From Blastocladiella emersonii ATCC 22665 (taxonomy: Eukaryota > Fungi > Blastocladiomycota), in the NCBI GenBank assembly GCA_025594325.1, contig JANHCV010000015.1, positions 62,001-126,000 of the forward strand: DNA of 64,000 nt, given 5' to 3'. Positions 12,116-23,218 of this stretch are shown piece by piece. A model generated the notes under the pieces. It searched no databases, had not been told where the DNA came from, and saw only the letters and a list, made by a program, of their open reading frames with translations. How positions within the stretch are numbered: position 1 is the first letter of the stretch; the number at the start of each line of letters is the position of its first letter. The position numbers and the translations under genes were made by a program.

Positions 12116-13664
12116 ATGGAGACTCTGGACGAACCAAGCGTCGCCCTGCCCGGCTCCTTTGAAGTCGCTGCTGCTCCAGCAATCCCGGCTCTAGCACCCC
12201 TTGTTGCCGACGATGCAGCGTCCACGGTCACTTTGCCCGAGAGCGCTGCTGCTTCGCTCGCGCAACGGGCTCCACCCGCTGAACCTACTGTACCTGCTGC
12301 GGCTGTCCCGCCCGCTCAACCAACCGCATCGGTGGCGACGAACATTCCACCTCAACCAATTCCTGTTACAAAATTCCACCTCAACCAACTCCTGCTCCAA
12401 AGGCTCCAGCGACGTCAACGGCACCAACTGGAGCAGTTGCGGCTGCTCGGCCGCCAACGTCCTTTGCTGCGCGTCCAGCAACTCGCGCTCACGTCCTCGC
12501 GAACCCGCTCCGCGTGGTCCAGCCGCCCGCGACCGTCGTTCGCGCTCAGGTCAAGCCGGACAACGTGGTGCTGGCGAGTACTTACGACATGCGCCGCCTC
12601 GACCGCGCCACGATAGACCTCGCCGCTCGCCTGAAGTTCATACCAAAACAATTGCAGCAGTACGGGCTCAAGGCGCTGGTCGGCCGTCTAGAGGACATGT
12701 CTACGCTCGCGACGGGCAAAAAGTATAACCGAAGCCTCGAACACAAGTACCCGGAGCGCGAGGCTCGGTACAACGGGGCGCCCTGGGTCAAGGACTTTGT
12801 GATCAAGCACGAGCCGCTGGCCAAGCTGCCCAAGGTGCCGGCGTCTGCACTCGAAATCGAGAATGCGCAGCTCAAGAAGCGGAACGCGGCGCGCTTCAGG
12901 AAGCGTACGCCGCCATGTACGTGCTGCAGAAGGCGAGCAGTAATCTGGCGAGCCCACTTTTCGCGCAGGTCGCGACATCAACTCTGGAGCGTGCAACGGC
13001 GGCGGCCATGGCACGGCCAGTACCAGCTACGGTTAACAAACCTGCTGCTCCTGCGGCCAAGAAGTCGAATGCGCGTCCAGCTGTCGTTTCCTCTGTTCCA
13101 GCGCCAGCGGTTGCTGCAGCTCCCGTGGTATCTTCCGCCGCGAAGGCTGCCGCCCAGCCCGCTCATGATGCTCTGGAGAAAGCGCAGCCCACGGCGTGCG
13201 ACGCGTCAGTTCCACGCGACACGATCCCTTTGGCTTCAGAGTCGGCTCAAAACTCGCCGAACGAATGCTCTGAGCCAGCGCTTTTGATCGCCATTGGTGC
13301 CGTGTCGCCGCCCGCCACGACTGCGCCAAACCCGACTCCAGCAGCTTGCATCGCTCCGCTGTTTGCTGATCCAGTCGTCGAAAGCTCGGTTCCGACTCGG
13401 GACGCGTCTGTGGCGATTAAAAAGGAACCTTCGACGCTACCCGCCCTATCAACGTTCACATCGGCGCCTGGTAGTCCGTGGGCATCGTACGTAGGGTTGT
13501 TCCGCACTGCAGGACCACTGGCGTCTATACTGGCCGCCAATACCTGCGCTCCATCGGCCTCGAGTGAAAAGTCTGCCGACCCATCTACGGTCTTGGTCGA
13601 CGCAGTTAAGCTGGACGTGAATCTTGAGTGGCTGACCAAGGAATGGGGTCTGAGCTTCCAATAA
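12116..13664 (+). pseudogene. Ala/Pro/Thr-rich orphan protein with conserved helical core and C-terminal NLEWLxxEWGL motif; two frame breaks
   Basis: Three successive frames (12116.., 12514.., 12915..) join into one coherent protein if single frame breaks are corrected at about 12370 (AAAA run) and about 12890 (CG run). Paralog of 15886..17598. Sequencing error cannot be excluded. Confidence 0.6.
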
Positions 13665-13907
13665 ACCTCTGTCCTGTTCGAACTGCGTTTAAACCCATAC
13701 GTTGAGCTGCTCACTTTCTCGAGCGACGGTGCTACGCGTGAGTTCATGAGCGTGAGCCACTGGTTGATGGGTTGATGTGGTGCGAGACATCTGCGAGACA
13801 ATAAACGCGTCGACGTGATAAGTCACGGCCGGATCGCGTGATGATATCCGACGGCACAAGCCAGCCGCAGCGCTCGCGGCTACCTCTCCCGCCCCTCACC
13901 ACTACAC

Positions 13908-15753
13908 ATGAATCAAATGGATCTATCGACGAGCGACTCTATGCAACAGCCCTTGCATCAACGTTTATCGCCAGAACTATGGCTCACAGTCCTCTTGCAC
14001 CTCGCGGAGATTGGCGGGGCGAGCGACGTGGCCGCCGTCATGCGCACGAACCGCATGCTCCACGCTCTTGCGCGTGACGAGCGCGTTGCACACGCGCTCT
14101 GTCTTGCGTTCAACAAGCAGCTTGCACTCGATATGCACGGTCGCCCGCCACGCCTGGGCGAGCTGCCGATTTCGTGGTGGGCCGTTGTTCGCGACCAGGC
14201 TCTGGTCCACCGCACCTGGGCTCGCGGAGCATACACCGTCACACAACTTGACTTTGCGGCCCCGAGCGACCCGACTGACAAAGCCGATTTCTACGATTGG
14301 GTTCTTGCTGACAAGTCGTTCCTCGTCGCATTTGCTTTCCGAAGCCGCGACGAAGGCTACCGCGGACCGGCATCTATGACGGCCGAGTCTACCTTCGCCT
14401 TTGAAAGCTATGCCTGCGCCCACGTTCTTTCCTTACCATCCCTCGATCCCAGTCGCTACGTTGCGGTTCCCTGGTCTTAACCTCGCAGCTGAACTCGGTG
14501 ATGAGGGCTACGAATTTGAGCCGCTGCTGCTTGACTCGCCTCGATGCCGGTTCCTGGTCGCTGTAACTCCGATGCTCGCCGCAGACATGTCCTCGACCAT
14601 TGTCTGGTGGTACTGGAATCGCAGCGAGGACGACGCCATTGTCGAGGCACGAAAGTACACTCCCTCACGTACAAGTTCGTATCAATGGCCTGGTGCTTGA
14701 GGGAAGCGGTAACTGACTGCGAGCGAGAATAATGGTGTAGGCTCCAAGGCGTTCTTCGTAGATGACAATGCGCTTGTTCTCATCTACCAAGAGGCAGATA
14801 CCAACCATCCGGTGTTTGAAATCCTGGATCCGATTACTCTCGGCTGCACCTCGCGCACGGTTGTTCCGCGCGAATGCGACTACACAGTCCGCCTTGCTCC
14901 GCTCAGCCCGGACATGATTGCGCTAATCCCTCCGGATGGACCCATCGCGCTGTACTCGGTGACGAAGCAAGCGATCGTCGAGGAGCCTCAACTCATCGAC
15001 GGCATCGATCTTATGGGACTTGACCCTCGGCCTTGGTATCGTCCATCGCTTCACACGGAGACCAGCTTGATCCGAGCGTCCTGTACCGCACCGCTTGCTC
15101 AGCGTCGATGGCAGCATTTAGTGGTGGACGGCTTTCACTCGGACACGCCAGACGGAGCTCGGATTACACGTGCTGTTCGCACGCTTCCATCCACACCCAC
15201 TTGTACAGCAAGCGATGACCGCTCGGACTCGACTGCTGGAAGGACGCTGGTTTCCTTTATGCACCCGCACAGCGTCGAAGCGTCCCTCGTTGGCTACCAT
15301 CTCTCTATCACGCTTTCCATGCAGAATGAGCTTCATGTCACCGATCTCAGGTCGGGGACCTCGCTCGCGACGCTGATCAAGCTTGACTCTCTCCCTTCTC
15401 ACTTCCTGCAGACTGACGGTACAGCCATCCGCCCGTTGCCAACGCGAACAGCGGACGAACTTATACACGCTTGGCGCTCGTCAGAGGCTCGAAACGCGCA
15501 CAACGCGTCGCTGAGGCATGTCACCCGGTCCGAAGCTCGGGGCGCGGCACCGCTTGTCATGACCCATCATTCGATGGCCGCGAACGGGCTCTCGCGGTAT
15601 CTCAGTGAATTCAGTGGCTCAATCGTCGAAATCGAGCTCACCAAAATGCTCAGCTACGATTCGTTCGAGCTTTACTGGCTTGGGGATCGCTACGACAAGC
15701 TGGTCGCGTACCGCGGACCGTACCTGTACCTGCTCCAGGCGCTTGAGAAGTGA
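13908..15753 (+). CDS. F-box-like N-terminus plus unknown domain; one intron and one unexplained frame change
   Basis: RLSPELWLTVLLHL...DVAAVMRTNRMLHALARD resembles an F-box. Phase-1 intron ending at 14740 joins ORFs 14401.. and 14812..; the frame switch near 14445 has no canonical GT donor. Confidence 0.5.
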
Positions 15754-15885
15754 TCCCGCATTTGTGAATATACTCTGCCTTCACCTCGTTAACGAGTCTC
15801 GCGAAGCGTTGCTGCCACCGTGTCCACGACCACGCTCGACGGAGCTCTTCGCAATCCCAGTTTTGACGCACATGGAAGTATATAT

Positions 15886-17598
15886 TCAGAGCTTCAGACC
15901 CCACTCCATCGCGAGCCACTCGAGGTTGACGCCCGTGTCCGCCGCGGTGCTAGTGGTGGCCGCGGCCGCGGACGACTTGGGCGTCGTCGATACCCGGTTG
16001 CGGACCTTGTCGTTGGACTGTGCGGCTGAGGCTCCCGCAGCGCCCGTCGCCGTGGTCACGTATCCCGGCGTAGATGTGACAGCAGATACGGATACAGTCG
16101 GGGCGCGGTCAATAGATGTCGACGAGCCATTTGTCGTCGCGGGGAGCGATGAGGTGGGCGAGACCGGCGTCGCGCGCACGTCCTGCGCGGGATCCGAGGT
16201 CTTGGCGAGCGGGAGGCTGGTGTTGGAAGCGGAACGAGAGAGAGCAGGATGGCCCGACGCCATGGGAACGACCGAAGTAGTGGCGGGCGGCGTCATGACC
16301 TGGGCCGGGGTCTTGGTGACCGTGCCTGACGTCGCGGCCATCGTCACAGTCGTAGCGACTGGCGCTGCGGTACTCGGTGGTGGCGACTTGGCCGCGGCGA
16401 GCGACGAGGCGGGCGAGGACGGCGTCTCGGGCACGTCCTTCGCGGGATCGGACGGCTTGGCAATCGGGAGGTTGGTATTGGAAGCGGTACAACGAAGACC
16501 GGGAGCGCTTGATACCACGGGAGCGACCGACGTGGTGGCGGGCGGCGTGATGGCCATGGCCTTGGCCGACGTCGCGGCCGTCGTCACAGCCGCAGCGGCC
16601 GGCGCAGCGGCACTCGGTGGCGATGCCTTGACCGGGAGGCCTGGGACCGCAGCCGTCGCGCGTGGAGCTGCACCCGCCGTCGGCTTGACCACGCCTGCCC
16701 CCGCCGCCGCCGCGAGAATGTTCTGGATGGCCTCGTTCCGCGTCACGTACATCTCGTTCACCTTCTGGAGCTCGGCGACCTGCTTGCCGAGCTTGCCGAT
16801 AACGTTGTCCTTGATCCGCGCAAACTCGTGGAACTCGGGCGTGAGGTAGTACGGCATGCCGCGCTCGAGGTACCGGTCGTACTTCTTGGACGTGACGAGC
16901 GGCACCATGGCCTCGAGCCGGTCGACGAGCTCGCGCACGTTGCCGCGTTGCGCAGGCATGGCGCCAAAGTTGAGGTGCGCGGCGAGGTCGCGCGTCACGC
17001 GCTCGAGGCGGCGGATCTCGTACGTGCTCGTCAGGACGAGGTGCTCGGGCTTGACCTCGGCGCGCGCGACGGCCGACGGCGCGCGGACCGCGCGGAGCGG
17101 TTGCGCGGGAGTGTGCGTGCGAGGCGGCGGGCGCTTGGTGAAGAGGGCCGGCGCAGGAGAGGCCGCGGCGGCGACGACGGGGGCGGGAGCAGCTGGAACT
17201 GGAATCGGGGAGGCAGGTGCGGCCGCGGCCGGAGCAGCAGACGTACTTGGTGAGGAAACAGGACCGGTCGCCACAGAAGTCGTCACGACGGGGCTCGGAT
17301 CGGGCGTAGTCGACGCGGCGGTGACGAGGACCGAGTCCTTTTGCAGGACAGGCTCGGTCGCATCGGAGGTCGACGCGTCGGGGCTCGACGGGGCGAACGT
17401 GCTCGAGACGGTGGTATCAGGGACCGACTTGTTTGGCGGAACAGGCTTTGCCGGGGCAGGAACCGCCGCGTCAGGGTTCGACGGGGCGGGCGCAGTCGAG
17501 ACAGCGGCTTCGAGAGCCGGGCTCTTCGGCAGAACAGGGCCAGCAGAGACAGGTGCCGCCGCGACGGGGTTCGGCGAGGCAGCGCTGGTCTCGGCCAT
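15886..17598 (-). CDS. Ala/Pro/Ser/Thr-rich orphan protein (570 aa) with helical core and C-terminal NLEWLAMEWGL motif
   Basis: Single intact ORF; core VKPEHLVLTSTYEIRRLERVTRDLAAHL aligns with VKPDNVVLASTYDMRRLDRATIDLAARL of the 12.1-kb copy. Confidence 0.75.
   Translation of the reverse strand: MAETSAASPNPVAAAPVSAGPVLPKSPALEAAVSTAPAPSNPDAAVPAPAKPVPPNKSVPDTTVSSTFAPSSPDASTSDATEPVLQKDSVLVTAASTTPDPSPVVTTSVATGPVSSPSTSAAPAAAAPASPIPVPAAPAPVVAAAASPAPALFTKRPPPRTHTPAQPLRAVRAPSAVARAEVKPEHLVLTSTYEIRRLERVTRDLAAHLNFGAMPAQRGNVRELVDRLEAMVPLVTSKKYDRYLERGMPYYLTPEFHEFARIKDNVIGKLGKQVAELQKVNEMYVTRNEAIQNILAAAAGAGVVKPTAGAAPRATAAVPGLPVKASPPSAAAPAAAAVTTAATSAKAMAITPPATTSVAPVVSSAPGLRCTASNTNLPIAKPSDPAKDVPETPSSPASSLAAAKSPPPSTAAPVATTVTMAATSGTVTKTPAQVMTPPATTSVVPMASGHPALSRSASNTSLPLAKTSDPAQDVRATPVSPTSSLPATTNGSSTSIDRAPTVSVSAVTSTPGYVTTATGAAGASAAQSNDKVRNRVSTTPKSSAAAATTSTAADTGVNLEWLAMEWGLKL
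16140..16590. repeat. Diverged internal tandem duplication (about 80 aa unit) inside the 570-aa ORF
   Basis: TPPATTSV...SNTNLPIAKPSDPAKDVPETPSSPASSL vs TPPATTSV...SNTSLPLAKTSDPAQDVRATPVSPTSSL; boundaries approximate. Confidence 0.75.
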
Positions 17599-18265
17599 GG
17601 TGACGAGTTGCGTTCGAGTGTGCGTTTTGACGAGGTTTGGACTAGCGTGTGCGGTTTGGCGAGTTTTAGACTAACGTGTGTGTCCTCGGTTGGTTGCATC
17701 TAGTCCCGGAGAGAGTATACATGGTGTGTCCGGCCGGTTCGGGGGTGGTGCAAGCGTGAAAGTGTGGCGCCGCGCTGGGCGCCGCGGTTGCGAGACAAAC
17801 GCGTCTCGCAGCGGGCACGTGGGTTCGGGATGACGCGAAACCACGTCATCTCTCGCGCCCGTCACCTCGCGTTCAACGATTCCATGACCATGGACAGCAT
17901 GACACGTTTCTCGATACATCGTTGATGGTGGTAATGATCCCGCTCAGGGTGCTCCGGGGCGGGCAGCGCACCCTTGCGGAAGCGTTGATGCGACGTTGAT
18001 CGTGCCGCGCGGGCGGCTTCAATCGCGTCGCTTTTCGAAGGTACGGCTGATATCCCGATTCTCTGTTGGTAGCGGATGCCGTCCATGGCACTCACTCGGA
18101 AGCCGACCTAAGGCTGTTGACACGTCGACGCGACGTTGACCGCGCCACGGGGTGGCGCAGCTCGCGCTCCACCAGACGACGGCCGTGTCCAAGTAACGAA
18201 AAACGTGCATATGAATGGTGTACAAGACGACGAGGGCAACAAAAAGACCGCGCGATGCGATGCGA

Positions 18266-19479
18266 TTACAGGAGGCCGACCCGTCGGAGGTTGTCCTGGA
18301 TACAGATGTCGTTGACTGCGGCCATGACGAATTTGACCTGCGTCGTGTCCGTGGCGCTGCGAGCTGCTCGTTAGTCCAGATCCCGCACAGCAAAGAGCCA
18401 GAGGAGAAGCGTACCAGGTGTAGTGGACGTAGATCTGCTTGGACGCGGTGCGGTTGAGTGCGGTGAAGCGCTGGTAAAAGTACTCGCAGCTGGCGTCGTA
18501 GTCGCCCTCGGGGCCGGCGTAGTCGGGGAAGTGGCGGGCGAGCGGGCTGCGCTGCGACAGGAGCTTCTCCTTGAACAGGTCGATCTTGTTGAGGAACAGG
18601 ATCATGGACGTGTGCGCGAACCACCGCGAGTTGCAGATGCTGTCGAACAGGGCGAGCGCCTCCTGCATGCGGTTCTACGGGTGTGGGGCGAGGGGAACGC
18701 GGTTGAGTCTGGGCCGATTCGTGCAAGACTCCGCGAGCGATACGTACCACGCTCTCGTCCTCCATCAGGACCTGGTCGTACTCGGAGATGGCGACGAGGA
18801 AGACGATGGCGGTGACGTTCTCGAAGCAGTGGATCCACTTCTTGCGCTCGGACCGCTGGCCGCCGACGTCGAACATGCGGTAGATGAGGTCGCCGATGTG
18901 GAACGTGGTCTCGGTGATGCCCGTGGTCTTGACGCGCGACCGCAGAATGTCCTGGTCGGTGGGCATGTAGCGCGGGGCCGAGATGCGCTCGAGGGCGGCG
19001 TAGTAGTACCGGGCCGAGTCGTTGAGCTGGAACTCGGCGGACCGCTGGAGCGCGGCCTGGATGGCGCGGTCGTTCCACAGGGCGACGACGGCCTGGGCGA
19101 GGTCGCCCGGGAACGTGTCGACGTCCGCGACGCGGTTATCGTCGAGCGCCTCCTGGATGCGGGCCGCGGCGTGCTCGGACGCCTGGCCGCCGGCGAGCTG
19201 CATGCCGAGGCGCTCGGTGCACCCCGTGTACAGGGCAATCGACGACTGCAGCACGTTGGAGAAGATGATCTCGCGGAAGGCCTGGCGGTCCGCGTCCGTG
19301 TACCCGCCGCCGTGGATCAGCATCATCTGCTTGAGGATCGTCGACTTGCCACTCTCGCCCGACCCGAGCAGCAGCAGCTTGACCTCGTTGCGCGCACGCT
19401 GCGCGTCGCGCCGGAGCTGCATGTCGATGGCGTCCGACGCTGCCTTGCCACCGGCCTCGGCGGACGAGATACAGCCCAT
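18266..19479 (-). CDS. Heterotrimeric G protein alpha subunit (Gi/fungal group I-like), 3 exons
   Basis: MGCISS (myristoylation/palmitoylation), KLLLLGSGESGKSTILKQM, RSRVKTTGITE, FDVGGQRSERKKWIHCFE, ILFLNKID, C-terminus NLRRVGLL. Confidence 0.96.
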
Positions 19480-20413
19480 GGTGTGTCGAAGACGGGAGGA
19501 AGGCTGCGAGTGGAGAGAGGGAGGGTGGTCGGTGGCGCGCTCGTTGGTGGTGGCGCCGCGGTGGAGATTAAGAGGGAGGTTCAAGTAGCTACACGCGGGT
19601 CGAATTCGAGGCGTATCGAGGAGCGCAGATGCATAGGGCCGATGACAAGCCGGTTGGAGGAGCGAGGAAGGGAGAGCGAGCGCTGAGGTTAGGAACGCTG
19701 CCGTCGTCAAGGCTCAGCTCAGCGCAGCGGCCGAGAGTACGGGCTCAGCCACCCGACCCGTTGCGCCGTAGCGCGCGCTCAAGCACGCCGGCGAGGCGTA
19801 TGCGTAGCGCACAGCCGCGCCGACGCCGACGCCACGCCACACGCCGCCGCCGACGCGGCTGCGGCGCCAGGGAGGCGCCGTGCAATGGAGTGCAGCGGGC
19901 GCGGAAGCCCCGTCGTGCATGCATGGAGCGAGGGTCGGGTGGTCGCCATGACGTTGGAGGGTGCGTGGCCTTACCGACGAGTGCGACTTGTCCGGGAGGG
20001 ATGATGGAGCGGCCCGAGCTGGTAGTGGTGGTGGCCGAGTGAGGGTGGCGCGGGTGGAGCGCGCAGCAGCAGAGCGTTGCAGAGAGTCTCTGCAGTCTAA
20101 GGTCGTTTTTGCGTGCCGAGTGCGGTTGGTAGGGTCGGCGGCGAGGAGGAGTCGGAATCAGCAGCGGGGGCGGGCGGCGGCGTGAACGACAAGGGCGATG
20201 AGCTCTCTCCTCTCCTCTCCGCCACCGCCGCCACTCGGTGTTGCCTGTTCGTTCGCTGTTGACGCCGACCGGCCAATCAAACGCCGCCGCGGGGGAGGCG
20301 AAAATTTAATTAGGGACCGTCTCAGAGTCACGGGGGAGGCGGCTCTTCCTTCCTTCTCGCGCTGCACTGCGCCACCCTGCCTGCCCTCTTGGCCACGTCG
20401 TGAAGTCTATCTA

Positions 20414-21658
20414 TCAAGCAGAGGGATCGCCTTCACCGTCACCACACCGCGGCGCGATCTGGCTCAGGACGGCCGTCACGGCGACGAGCTCGTCGGCCAT
20501 GACCGCGCCGATCCGGTGCATCGTCCTCACCCAGTCGCCGAACGCCGCCGCGTCGAACCCGGTGGCGGCCTGCGTAGCCAGCACGTCGAGCAGCGTGAGG
20601 AGCAGTCGGATCCGCTGGTCCTCGGCGCGCAACTCGACCCACGGTGCCTGCGCGGTGCGGTTCCACGCCTCGAGCCACGCCCGGTGGTTGGCCGCGAGCG
20701 ACACGTCCTGGTCGTCGGCGAGGAGCGTCGCAGCCGGCGCGTACTGCCAGTCGGCGGCAAGGCTCGCGGTCGTCGGCCGCGGCGCCCACGTCACGGCGTG
20801 CACGAGGTCGCCGGCGTGCGTCACGCGCCCGACGAGCGGCGGCGGTGGGAAGACGGTGGTGGGCGGCGGGGTGGCCGTGTCGAGCGTCAGGTGCACTACG
20901 AGCCATTGGCCGTGCATGACCTACCCTCGGCGGACGACGAGTGTGAGCGCGCGTTCCTCGATAGAGCACCACATCGAAACGTACCACAATCCGCGGCTGC
21001 ACCATCGCGTGCGCACACACGGCGTGCTGGACGAACCGGCCGAGACACCACGCGGCGCCCGTCCGCCACCCGCACTGCGGGCACTGCACCTCGCGCGTGA
21101 GGTAGCACCCGTCGATCGCCCGCTGCTTACCATTAGCGTGCCATCGGACCACGAGCATCCCGAGGAACGGGTCCGCCGACGACGGTTGCGCGGCCGGATT
21201 CGCGGCGCTCCACGTCCGCGGCCAGTCACCGCCAGTCCCGAGCGGGATCGCGAGCCGGCGCACGAGCCACGGGACGGCGGGGCCCGCGAAACACTCGCAC
21301 GGCGCGAGCGGGTGCGTTGTGACGGCCGGGGAGCATACGGCTGAGAGGACCTGGGCGAGGTTTCGTCGCAGGAACGGGCACCGCGCCGCGTGCAGCGCGT
21401 CGAGCGTCGCGCGGACCGCGTGCGGGTGCCGCGCTGCGTTCACGTCGATGATCGCTTCACCCTAGCGAGGGCGCAGAGGATGAGGTCTCGGACGGGTGTG
21501 GAGGGGAGAGCCCGAGCCTGCGTACGCACGAGGGTCGCCGGGCTCGGCATGGACGACGGAGGCGTCGACGACGACGAGGACGAGAGCTGGCTCGACGACG
21601 GCCGCTTGGACCGGCGCCGCGCCGCGAGTGCGGGAGGTCGTGGCTGGATCTGATTCAT
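20414..21658 (-). CDS. Hypothetical protein with Cys/His clusters, 3 predicted exons
   Basis: Two canonical short introns (about 21527-21463 and 20983-20923) join exons ...MPSPATL / GEAIIDVNAARHP...VQPRIV / VMHGQWLVV...; the start could be 21658 or 21550. Confidence 0.5.
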
Positions 21659-21847
21659 GGCCGTGTGGTTCGTTGCATGTGGATTTCTCGAGTGGGAGAG
21701 AGGGCGGCGATGCACAGTGACTTGGAGCGGACTCGTGCCCCGTCACCGAGCAGAGTTGCGCGCGCGCGGCCTTCAAGTCGTCGTCGCGTCTCTTCCCTCC
21801 CTCTCCTCGCCCCCAACCACCCACCGATCCGCTACGAATCACATAAC

Positions 21848-22990
21848 ATGAAGCAACTCGGGCGGCACATTGAAAAGGACTCGTCGGGCTACGTGCGGCT
21901 GCAGCCCGAGGAGCCCGAGGACATGTGGCACATCTACAACCTGGTCGCGCCGGGCGACCGTATCAAGGCGTCGTCGTTCCGCAAGGTGCAGTCCGAGTCG
22001 AGCACGGGGTCGGTCGCGTCGCAGCGCGTGCGCGTGACGCTGACGCTGGCCGTCGAGGACGCCGAGTTCGACGGCACCGCGAACCAGGTGCTCGTCAAGG
22101 GCCGCAACACCGAGGAGAACAAGTACGTCAAGTTGGGCCAGTACCACACGCTGGACCTGACCCTCGACAAGTCCTTTACCCTGATCAAGGACGAGTGGGA
22201 CAGTCTGGCGTTCGAGCGCATCGACGCCGCGTGCAATGTCGCCAAGCGCGCCGAGGTCGCCGCCGTCGTCCTGCAGGAGGGGCTCGCCAACGTGTGCCTG
22301 CTCACCGAGCACATGACCGTCGTGCGCCAGCGCATCGAGGTCTCGGTCCCGCGCAAGCGCCGCGGCAGCAGCAGCAACCACGACAAGGCCGTGGCCCGCT
22401 TCTTTGACCAGGTGTACCAGGCTGTCCTGCGGCATATCGACTTCGCCGTGATCAAGTGCGTGCTGGTCGCGAGCCCGGGCTTCCTCAAGGACCAGCTGTT
22501 CGAGTACATGATCTCGGAAGCGGTGCGCACCGAGAACCGCGTGCTGATCGAGAACAAGGCCAAGTTCCTCGTGTCGCACTGCTCGTCGGGCCACAAGCAC
22601 GCGCTGACGGAGCTGCTGCAGGACCCCGGGGTGCAGGCGCGCCTGAGCGACACCAAGTTTGCCGGCGAGACGCGCGCGCTCGACCGGTTCCACCGCATGC
22701 TGCAGGACGACCCGGAGCGCGCCTACTACGGCGCCGCGCACGTCCTGCACGCCGCCAACCTGGGGGCGATCGACACGCTCATGATCGCCGACGCGCTGTT
22801 CCGGTCCAACGACGTCAAGCTGCGCAAAAAGTATATCTGGCTCGTCCACCACGTCCGCCGCAACGGCGGCACCGCCCTCATCTACTCGTCCATGCACGTC
22901 ACGGGCGAGCAGCTCAACAACCTCACGGGGATCGCCGCGATCCTCTCGTTCCCGGTCCCGGAGCCCGACGAGGATGGGGAGCAGCACTAG
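21848..22990 (+). CDS. DOM34: Pelota/Dom34 ribosome rescue factor
   Basis: MKQLGRHIEKDSSGYVRLQPEEPEDMWHIYNL, LGQYHTLDL, VPRKRRG, VASPGFLKD, SSMHVTGEQL, GIAAILSFP. Confidence 0.97.
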   Translation: MKQLGRHIEKDSSGYVRLQPEEPEDMWHIYNLVAPGDRIKASSFRKVQSESSTGSVASQRVRVTLTLAVEDAEFDGTANQVLVKGRNTEENKYVKLGQYHTLDLTLDKSFTLIKDEWDSLAFERIDAACNVAKRAEVAAVVLQEGLANVCLLTEHMTVVRQRIEVSVPRKRRGSSSNHDKAVARFFDQVYQAVLRHIDFAVIKCVLVASPGFLKDQLFEYMISEAVRTENRVLIENKAKFLVSHCSSGHKHALTELLQDPGVQARLSDTKFAGETRALDRFHRMLQDDPERAYYGAAHVLHAANLGAIDTLMIADALFRSNDVKLRKKYIWLVHHVRRNGGTALIYSSMHVTGEQLNNLTGIAAILSFPVPEPDEDGEQH

Positions 22991-23218
22991 ATTAGTTTTG
23001 TTTCTCTACCTTGCTCCTTAGCTCTCTGAGTATGAAAGAGTGAGCGAGAAATGTGGCGTAGCACGGGCTGAGTGAAGTAGCAGCCGGCTCACATGGGGCG
23101 ATCGACGTGTGGCGTTGCCACATGCACCCATCGCGATGCTGGGGCGTTTCTCGGCCAGCGCCGACGAAGCCTGCCCACCCTCTTTTCGGTTTTGATCCGC
23201 AGGAAGAAAGCATCAACC

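Noticed and set aside
12905-12928. GTACGC...CTGCAG mini-intron as an explanation for the frame change in the 12.1-kb gene
   Set aside because: 24 nt is far below host intron size and a multiple of 3, so it cannot change frame.
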